From assembly GCA_050263095.1 (NCBI GenBank), contig JBLNEW010000027.1:25485-89484 (forward strand): a stretch of DNA of 64,000 nt, given 5' to 3'. The position numbers and the translations under genes were made by a program. Within the stretch, counting starts at the first letter, position 1. Each line of letters opens with the position of its first letter. Below are positions 57,836 to 64,000 of the stretch, in pieces. This DNA comes from Deltaproteobacteria bacterium. GTDB taxonomy: Bacteria > Desulfobacterota > Deferrimicrobia > Deferrimicrobiales > Deferrimicrobiaceae. The notes under the pieces are model-generated. The model saw nothing but the letters and a program-made list of their open reading frames with translations, was not told the DNA's origin and did no database searches.

Positions 57836-58537
57836 ATGCCGCCCGTCAAGATCCGATGGTTCGGACATTCCGGCTTCTCCATCCAGGACCCCTCCGGCAA
57901 GACCGTACTGGTAGATCCCTGGTTCCAGGGAAATCCTTCCGCGCCGAGCGGCCCGGAAGGCATCGCCAAAGCGGATTTCCTCCTTCTCACCCACGACCAC
58001 TTCGATCATGCCGCGGACGCCGCCCTGCTCGCCCGCCGGACCGGGGCGCTCGTCGTGGGCATCTTCGAACTGGTCGGAGACCTGAAGGCCAAGGGGGTTC
58101 CGGAATCCCAGCTCCTGCACGGGGGAGTGGGCATGAACGTCGGCGGGACCGTCGTCCTCGACGGCTTCTCGTTCACGATGACCGAAGCGAGGCATTCCTG
58201 CTCGCTGGGCGCTCCGGTCGGCTACGTCATAAAGACCCCTTCCGGCGCCACGATCTATCACTCCGGGGACACCGGCATCTTCGCCGGGATGTCGCTCATC
58301 GGCGAGCTTTACCCGATAGACGCGGCGCTTCTGCCGATCGGATCGGTCTTCACCATGGATTATCGCCAGGCCGCGAAAGCGGCTTCCCTGCTCCAGGCGA
58401 AAACGGTCATCCCGATGCACTTCGGGACATTCCCGATCCTCGAGCCCAACGCGGACAGGTTCGTCGCTGAAATGAAGAGGGTCGCCCCGGGGACCCGCGT
58501 CGTCGTGCTGAGCCCCGGCGAGGAGACCGCGCTGTAG
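57836..58537 (+). CDS. Metallo-beta-lactamase-fold hydrolase (UPF0173-like)
   Basis: LLLTHDHFDHA (HxHxDH motif). 233 aa. Confidence 0.75.
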   Translation: MPPVKIRWFGHSGFSIQDPSGKTVLVDPWFQGNPSAPSGPEGIAKADFLLLTHDHFDHAADAALLARRTGALVVGIFELVGDLKAKGVPESQLLHGGVGMNVGGTVVLDGFSFTMTEARHSCSLGAPVGYVIKTPSGATIYHSGDTGIFAGMSLIGELYPIDAALLPIGSVFTMDYRQAAKAASLLQAKTVIPMHFGTFPILEPNADRFVAEMKRVAPGTRVVVLSPGEETAL

Positions 58538-58540
58538 CCT

Positions 58541-59710
58541 CTACCGGGAGCGGCCGGGCGATATTCTGCCCAGAACCGCAGGATGGCCGCCCGTGGCGAC
58601 CGGGACGTTGCCGGGCTGGCGGGAAAGCGCAAGGTAGGCGAGGTACGCGAACGCCGCGGCCTCGACGTACTGCGGGGGAAGCCCGAGCGTTTCTGGAGAC
58701 CGGATCTTGAGCCCCGGCATCCTGGCCGCCAGCGACGCGGCAAGGGCCGGATTCTTCCCTCCTCCGCCTCCCAGGAATATCTCCTTCACGGGCCATTTCG
58801 GCAGGACGAAGCGGTCGAACGCCAACCGCACCGTCTCTGCGGCGTAGGCGGTGAGCGTGGCGACGAGATCCTCCCTGGAGAGCCCCTCGCTGCGCGCCGC
58901 GGCTATTATCTTATCGAGTCGCTGCCGGCCGTACCGCTCCCGGCCGGTGCTCTTGGGAGGCGGAAGCGAGAGGAAACGGTCGTCCCGGACCAGGCGCGCG
59001 AGGAACTTCTCATGCGCCTTTCCCCGCAGCGCCCACGCGCCGTCCCTGTCCATCGATTTGCGTCCGGCGGAGAACCGGCGGACCGCTCCGTCGATCAGCA
59101 TGTTACCCGGCCCCGTGTCGAATGCGGCCAGGACCTTTCCCTGCGGACTCGCCACCGTGACGTTCCCGATCCCTCCCATGTTCTGGAAGGACGAGAAACA
59201 GCCGCGGCCGCGCAGGAGGATGCCATGGAAAGCCGGCACGAGCGGCGCGCCCATGCCTCCCGCCGCCATGTCCGCCGGCCGGAAGTCGGACACAGTGGTG
59301 ATCCCCGTCCTCTGCGCGATGAAGGAGGGCTCTCCCACCTGCATGGTCGCCCCGGTTTCCGCGCGGAAGCCGCGCCGCTTTTCGGGGAAGTGGCCAACCG
59401 TCTGGCCGTGGCAGCCGACGGCCGCCACATCCTCCGCCCGGATCCCGAGGAACGCAAGAGCCTTCTCGATCGCCGCGGCATAAAAATCCCCGAGCGCCAT
59501 CGAGAGGCGGCACAACTCCTCCTTGTCCACTTCCCCGGCCGCCGAAACCCGCAGGACCCTCTCGCGAATGCCCCTGGGAAACGGCACCGTGAAAAAACTG
59601 CGGACATGGCAGGAGATGTTGCCGCGCACGGGCATGAAGGAGACGAAGGCGATGTCGGCACCGTCGGCCGAGGTGCCCGACATGATCCCGGCGTGGAGCG
59701 TGGCTACCAC
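58541..59710 (-). CDS. anmK: Anhydro-N-acetylmuramic acid kinase
   Basis: N-terminal GIMSGTSADGAD (AnmK G-loop) and ASKHA-fold blocks. Confidence 0.75.
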   Translation of the reverse strand: MVATLHAGIMSGTSADGADIAFVSFMPVRGNISCHVRSFFTVPFPRGIRERVLRVSAAGEVDKEELCRLSMALGDFYAAAIEKALAFLGIRAEDVAAVGCHGQTVGHFPEKRRGFRAETGATMQVGEPSFIAQRTGITTVSDFRPADMAAGGMGAPLVPAFHGILLRGRGCFSSFQNMGGIGNVTVASPQGKVLAAFDTGPGNMLIDGAVRRFSAGRKSMDRDGAWALRGKAHEKFLARLVRDDRFLSLPPPKSTGRERYGRQRLDKIIAAARSEGLSREDLVATLTAYAAETVRLAFDRFVLPKWPVKEIFLGGGGGKNPALAASLAARMPGLKIRSPETLGLPPQYVEAAAFAYLAYLALSRQPGNVPVATGGHPAVLGRISPGRSR

Positions 59711-60639
59711 AACTTTTCCGCCACCGCCGCCATGAAAAGCGGAAAGAGGATCTCGTGAGGTCCGATCAGGTGGTATCCCTTGCCCCGGGGCCTGGTGGGG
59801 CGGGTCACGACGTTTACGTCCGGACGGTAATGGCGGATGAAGTCCATGTTCACGGTGGTGATCCGCGAGAGAGGCCTGCCCAAATTCCTTGCCACGGTCA
59901 CGGCCTTCAGGAAGACTTCGGGCAGGACCACGGCGGAGCCGACGTTGAGATAGACCCCCCGTTCCATGCCGGCGACCATCTCGCAGAACCGGCGGAAATC
60001 CCTCTGGGACGCTTCCCCCATCGCGGCGCCGTCCGCCTCCGGGTGCATGTGGATGATGTCGGATCCGATGCAGACGTGGACCGTAACCGGCACTTTAAGG
60101 CGGTACGCCGCCGCCAGGAGGCTCTTATGCCTGTGGCGGGCGCGCGAGGCGGCGATGGCTTTCCCCACCGATTCGCCGAATCCCAGGCCCGCCGGAACCC
60201 CCGACGCCAGGGCGGAATGGATGAAACAGGCCGTCTCCCGGGCCATCCCGAAAGAGCCGTCGGAGAGCTGCTCCGCCACGTCTTCGGAGGTCTTGCCCGC
60301 AAGCGCCAGCTCGGTGTCGTGTATAACGCCTGCGCCGTTCATCGAGACGCAGTCGAAAAGTCCCTTCTCGAGCCCCTGTATGAGAAGGGGGGAGAGCCCG
60401 ACCTTTATGAAGTGCGCGCCGATCCCCAGCAGGACTGGGGCGCCCCGCCTCCTGGCTGCCGCCACCGCCTCCACTACGGCCCGGAAGTCCTTCGCGGCGA
60501 GGTAATCGGGAAGCCCGTCGATGAACGCGCCGAGCGACATTCCCTTGCGGACCCCGGATCCGAATCCCTTGAACGTGACCTTGCTCTTTCTCGAAAAGAG
60601 CGAAGTCCTTCGCAGGAGCGCGGGGTCTATGCCGGTCAT
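59704..60639 (-). CDS. Conserved hypothetical protein
   Basis: 311-aa ORF translationally coupled to anmK and gmhA. No motif I can place confidently. Confidence 0.35.
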   Translation of the reverse strand: MTGIDPALLRRTSLFSRKSKVTFKGFGSGVRKGMSLGAFIDGLPDYLAAKDFRAVVEAVAAARRRGAPVLLGIGAHFIKVGLSPLLIQGLEKGLFDCVSMNGAGVIHDTELALAGKTSEDVAEQLSDGSFGMARETACFIHSALASGVPAGLGFGESVGKAIAASRARHRHKSLLAAAYRLKVPVTVHVCIGSDIIHMHPEADGAAMGEASQRDFRRFCEMVAGMERGVYLNVGSAVVLPEVFLKAVTVARNLGRPLSRITTVNMDFIRHYRPDVNVVTRPTRPRGKGYHLIGPHEILFPLFMAAVAEKLW

Positions 60640-61217
60640 CGCTTGCCGACCTGCCGGAACAGGAGTGTGTCCGTCAGGTCGCAGAGGATGTGTCCGATGG
60701 CGATGTGCGCCTCCTGGATGCGCGGGGTGCTCCGGGATGGGACGGCAAGTGCGATGTCGGCGCTCGAGGCCATCTTTCCCCCCTCCGCCGTGATCGCGAT
60801 GGTGACCATGCCCATCTTCTTGGCCACGCGCACGGCCTTGAGCACGTTGGACGAATTGCCGCTCGTGGAGATGCCGATCGCGATGTCGCCTTTTCTGCCG
60901 AGGGCCTTTATCTGCTTGCTGAACACCTCGTCGAACGCGTAATCGTTCGAGATGCTGGTAAGGATGGACGTGTCCGTGGTCAGCGCTATCGCGGGAAGCG
61001 GCGGGCGCTCGATCTGGAAGCGGTTCATGAACTCGGCGGCTATGTGCTGCGAGTCCGCGGCGCTGCCGCCGTTCCCGAACAGGAGTACCTTCCGGCCGGC
61101 CTTGAACGCATGGGCGATGGCCTGGGCCGCTTCCAGGATGGCGCCTGTCATAGTCTCCATCATCTGCAGGCGCAGGTCCGCCCCTTCCTTAAGCATTTTC
61201 GCGATTGCTTCCTGCAA
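60636..61217 (-). CDS. gmhA: Phosphoheptose isomerase (SIS domain)
   Basis: VLLFGNGGSAADSQH, IGISTSGNS, EAHIAIGHILC blocks typical of GmhA/DiaA. Confidence 0.8.
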   Translation of the reverse strand: MQEAIAKMLKEGADLRLQMMETMTGAILEAAQAIAHAFKAGRKVLLFGNGGSAADSQHIAAEFMNRFQIERPPLPAIALTTDTSILTSISNDYAFDEVFSKQIKALGRKGDIAIGISTSGNSSNVLKAVRVAKKMGMVTIAITAEGGKMASSADIALAVPSRSTPRIQEAHIAIGHILCDLTDTLLFRQVGKR

Positions 61218-61362
61218 GGAGGCCCCTCCGGAAGGGATAGGGAATAATGATCGCTTTTCCTGCCGGTCGCTGTCAAGAATCGCCGCGCCGGCGTTGACAC
61301 CGTCGCCTTTATTTTACGGGAAAACCGTTGTAGCATGATCGGCATCTATAAATATCGAAAGA

Positions 61363-61773
61363 ATGGAATATACCGTGAGCGCGTTGATAGACAGGATCCT
61401 CTCGGAGGCGAAAACCGTGGCGGTCGTCGGCATCTCCGACAAGCCGGAGCGCCCGAGCAACGCGGTTGCCCGCTACCTGCAGGGAAGAGGGTACCGGATC
61501 ATACCGGTGAATCCGCTCCTGACCGAGGTGCTGGGAGAGAAGGCCTACAAATCGCTGTCGGACATCCCCGCGAAAGTGGACCTGGTCGACGTTTTCCGGA
61601 AATCCGAGGACGTCCCGCCGATCGCGGAGGAAGCCATCCGCATCGGCGCCCGGTTTTTCTGGATGCAGGAAGGCGTCGTGAGCGAAAACGCCAGGGACCG
61701 GCTGGAGCGAGCGGGGATACCCGTGGTTATGGACCTTTGCATCAAAAAGGAAATCGCGAAACGCGGAAAGTGA
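61363..61773 (+). CDS. CoA-binding domain protein (YccU/YneT family)
   Basis: TVAVVGISDKPERPSNAV...GYRIIPVNP pattern. Confidence 0.7.
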   Translation: MEYTVSALIDRILSEAKTVAVVGISDKPERPSNAVARYLQGRGYRIIPVNPLLTEVLGEKAYKSLSDIPAKVDLVDVFRKSEDVPPIAEEAIRIGARFFWMQEGVVSENARDRLERAGIPVVMDLCIKKEIAKRGK

Positions 61774-61781
61774 GGGAGCGA

Positions 61782-62108
61782 ATGGCCGGCAACATCCTGG
61801 AACTTAACGGCGGAAACTTCAAGTCTACAGTGGACAGCGGCCCGACACCGGTTCTCGTGGACTTCTGGGCGCCCTGGTGCGGCCCCTGCAGGGTCATAGC
61901 CCCCATACTGGAGGAAGTCGCGAGGGAGATGGAGGGAAAGGTGCGGATCGCCAAGGTAAACGTGGACGACAGCCCCGACATCGCCTCGCAGTTCGGCGTT
62001 CGAGGGATTCCCACGCTCATCCTGTTCAAGGAGGGACAGATCAAGGGGCAGATGGTGGGCGTCAACCCGAAGTCCAATATCGTCCAGCTGATCCAGAAGA
62101 ACCTGTAA
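61782..62108 (+). CDS. trxA: Thioredoxin
   Basis: VLVDFWAPWCGPCRVIAP active site. 108 aa. The listed ORF start at 61335 is an upstream extension. Confidence 0.9.
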   Translation: MAGNILELNGGNFKSTVDSGPTPVLVDFWAPWCGPCRVIAPILEEVAREMEGKVRIAKVNVDDSPDIASQFGVRGIPTLILFKEGQIKGQMVGVNPKSNIVQLIQKNL

Positions 62109-62677
62109 TGGCGGGGGGATTCCCCGCTGCTCTCGCAAGCGTTCTCGCCGCAATCCTCCTTGCGGCATGCAGCAGGAATGTCATTTCCGTGGGATCGGTC
62201 CCGTTCCCCGCGCAAAAGCCGGTCTTCGCGGATGCCTCCGGACAGCCGCAGGCTGGCCTGCCCGAATCGCAGGAGCCGCTCCGGCTCGTCCTTCTCGATT
62301 ACGTCTGGTGCCCGCCGTGCGCGGACGCATGGAAAGCGATCAAGGCCGCCTCCCGGGAGATTCCCGAAGGGTCGGTGCGCGTCTACAGGATTCTTTTCGA
62401 CAGGGAGCGCGTTATAAGCGGCGACGGGACCGACGAGGTCGCGCCCCTGCGGCTGCCCGCGCCCCCCGATGCGGGAACCCTGCCGGTCACTACCGTGGTC
62501 GCCCTGCCGCGCGCCTTCAAGGAGCAGTTCGGACCGGCGCAGGCCCCGTTGCTTCTGCTGACGGACCGCGGAGGGAAAGTGATCAAGCGATGGGCCGGCG
62601 CCTCGTCCGCTCTTTCCGCCGATATAGCCAATGAGATCAAGCGCTTATCGAGCGCTCCCCCCCTCCTTGAAATGTAA
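62108..62677 (+). CDS. Thioredoxin-fold lipoprotein (WCPPC)
   Basis: Lipobox LLAACS. VLLDYVWCPPCADAWK motif. Confidence 0.55.
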   Translation: MAGGFPAALASVLAAILLAACSRNVISVGSVPFPAQKPVFADASGQPQAGLPESQEPLRLVLLDYVWCPPCADAWKAIKAASREIPEGSVRVYRILFDRERVISGDGTDEVAPLRLPAPPDAGTLPVTTVVALPRAFKEQFGPAQAPLLLLTDRGGKVIKRWAGASSALSADIANEIKRLSSAPPLLEM

Positions 62678-63764
62678 ATCTGCTCCTGGCGAGGTTGGCA
62701 ATGATTCCGAGGGCCATCATGTTCGTAAGCATCGAGGACCCGCCGTAGCTTACGAACGGCAGCGGAATCCCTACCACAGGAAACAGCCCGCACACCATGG
62801 CAAGGTTTATGGAGATGTGGGCCAGGAAATAAACGGTCAGCCCGCCGCATGCGAACGACGCAAACCGTGTCTGCGACCTGGATGCAAGGTGAAATCCCCG
62901 GTAAACAAGGCACACGAAGAGGGCCAGGAGCAAAATGGTCCCGATGAATCCCCACTCCTCCGCCAAAACAGCGAACGCGAAATCCGTATGCTGCTCCGGG
63001 AGGAACCTCAGCGACCCCTGCGTCCCGCGCAGATAACCCTTGCCGAGGAACCCTCCGGAACCGACGGCTATCTTCGACTGGATCACGTGGTAACCAGCCC
63101 CCAGCGGGTCCCGCTCCGGGTCCAGGAACGTAAGTATCCTCTGCTTCTGGTAGTCCTTCATCATCATCCAGAGTCCCGGGACCGCCAGCGCGCCGGCGCC
63201 CCCTATCAGAAGGAGCACCTTGCCCTTCACGCACGCGACGACGATCATTCCGACCAGGACGATCATGAACACCCCTGCGGTCCCAAGGTCCGGCTGAAGC
63301 GCGACCAGCAGGAAGGGAATCAACACCAGCGCCACGGCGGGCACCGTCTCGTAGAATCCGATTCCCCCGTAATGGTATCGGTCCGAAAAATACTTCGCGA
63401 GCACGAGCACGACCGCTACCTTGGCGAATTCCGACGGCTGCAGATTGAAGCCCCCCAAGGATATCCACCTCTGGGCGCCGCCGCGAACCTTGCCGACGGC
63501 CAGCACGACGACGAGTATGACGAGGGACCCCCAGAATACGGGCCAGGCTATCTCTTCTATGAAGCCGTCGCTGGTCAAATAGCAGGCGAAGAAGGCAATT
63601 ATTCCAAGGCAGATCCATGCCAGCTGCTTGACGAACAACGGCGTTCCGCCGGTTCCGATGACCCGCGTGCCGCTGTAGACGTTCAGCAGGCCTACGCCGG
63701 AAAGCAGGAGGGCCAGCAGGAGGATCTGCCAATCCAGCCTCGCCATCTTGCCCCGCTTGATCAT
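62637..63764 (-). CDS. rodA: Rod shape-determining protein RodA (SEDS family)
   Basis: Ten-transmembrane FtsW/RodA pattern (QPSEFAKV, GGSS...). GGGAGGG ribosome-binding site before the ATG at 63764. The listed ORF start at 63923 is an Arg-rich extension. Confidence 0.85.
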   Translation of the reverse strand: MIKRGKMARLDWQILLLALLLSGVGLLNVYSGTRVIGTGGTPLFVKQLAWICLGIIAFFACYLTSDGFIEEIAWPVFWGSLVILVVVLAVGKVRGGAQRWISLGGFNLQPSEFAKVAVVLVLAKYFSDRYHYGGIGFYETVPAVALVLIPFLLVALQPDLGTAGVFMIVLVGMIVVACVKGKVLLLIGGAGALAVPGLWMMMKDYQKQRILTFLDPERDPLGAGYHVIQSKIAVGSGGFLGKGYLRGTQGSLRFLPEQHTDFAFAVLAEEWGFIGTILLLALFVCLVYRGFHLASRSQTRFASFACGGLTVYFLAHISINLAMVCGLFPVVGIPLPFVSYGGSSMLTNMMALGIIANLARSRFTFQGGGERSISA

Positions 63765-64000
63765 TTGCCCTCCCTCGCCTGCTCCACCTGCTTCTTCCTG
63801 AAGTATTCCTGCATGACCGCCTTGACGACGGGAGCGGCGGCGGAGCCGCCGTGGCCGCCGTGCTCCAGCATCGCCACGACGCAGATCTCGGGTTCGGCCA
63901 CCGGCGCAAATGCCACGAACCATGCGTGGTCGCGGAGAAGGTATGGCAGGTTCTCGGACTTGATCATCTTTCCCTTGACCGCCGCCACCTGCGCCGTCCC
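63761..64000 (-). CDS. mrdA: Penicillin-binding protein 2 (transpeptidase), C-terminal fragment; runs off the window edge
   Basis: ...VAFAPVAEPEICVVAMLEHGGHGGSAAAPVVKAVMQEYF matches the PBP2 C-terminus. Overlaps the rodA start as in mrdA-mrdB operons. Confidence 0.7.
   Translation of the reverse strand, partial: GTAQVAAVKGKMIKSENLPYLLRDHAWFVAFAPVAEPEICVVAMLEHGGHGGSAAAPVVKAVMQEYFRKKQVEQAREGK

Overview
This is a high-GC (about 60-65% by eye) window that looks Geobacter/Desulfuromonadales-like. The basis is an OmcS-family hexahaem nanowire cytochrome, many multihaem c-type cytochromes and sigma-54 regulators.

The centrepiece is a roughly 16-kb, ten-gene cluster on the minus strand (14627..30977). 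It begins with an NHL beta-propeller gene and an OmcS-like filament cytochrome followed by a strong terminator. Downstream come a YVTN beta-propeller lipoprotein, a 741-aa outer-membrane beta-barrel and a small LpoB/CsgG-like lipoprotein. Next is a 1140-aa lipoprotein with eight Y_Y_Y-like repeats and two LpoB/CsgG-like domains, then a SurA-like PPIase. The cluster ends with a 26-haem cytochrome, a 16-haem cytochrome and a second NHL protein. I read this as an extracellular cytochrome-nanowire locus with co-encoded candidate export or assembly machinery.

Divergently upstream sit a REC-PilZ regulator and a PhnD-like binding protein with a haem-c-motif sensor kinase and a sigma-54 response regulator.

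The 5' third of the window (about 3.1-31.3 kb) has lower and patchy G+C and is bounded by a tRNA-Sec gene (selC-like) at 2986..3081. It also contains tRNA-Val followed by a strongly AT-rich island (6.3-14.6 kb) with two fused membrane/spermidine-synthase-like proteins and a PMT/TPR protein. Two tandem hexahaem cytochromes sit behind a small outer-membrane barrel.

The 3' half is core-like: cysS, an Fe-S assembly cluster with rubrerythrin/ferritin-like genes, fadD, a GspE-like pseudo-ATPase, a heptose/murein-recycling cluster, trxA, rodA and a partial mrdA.

No CRISPR array, integrase or transposase was found.
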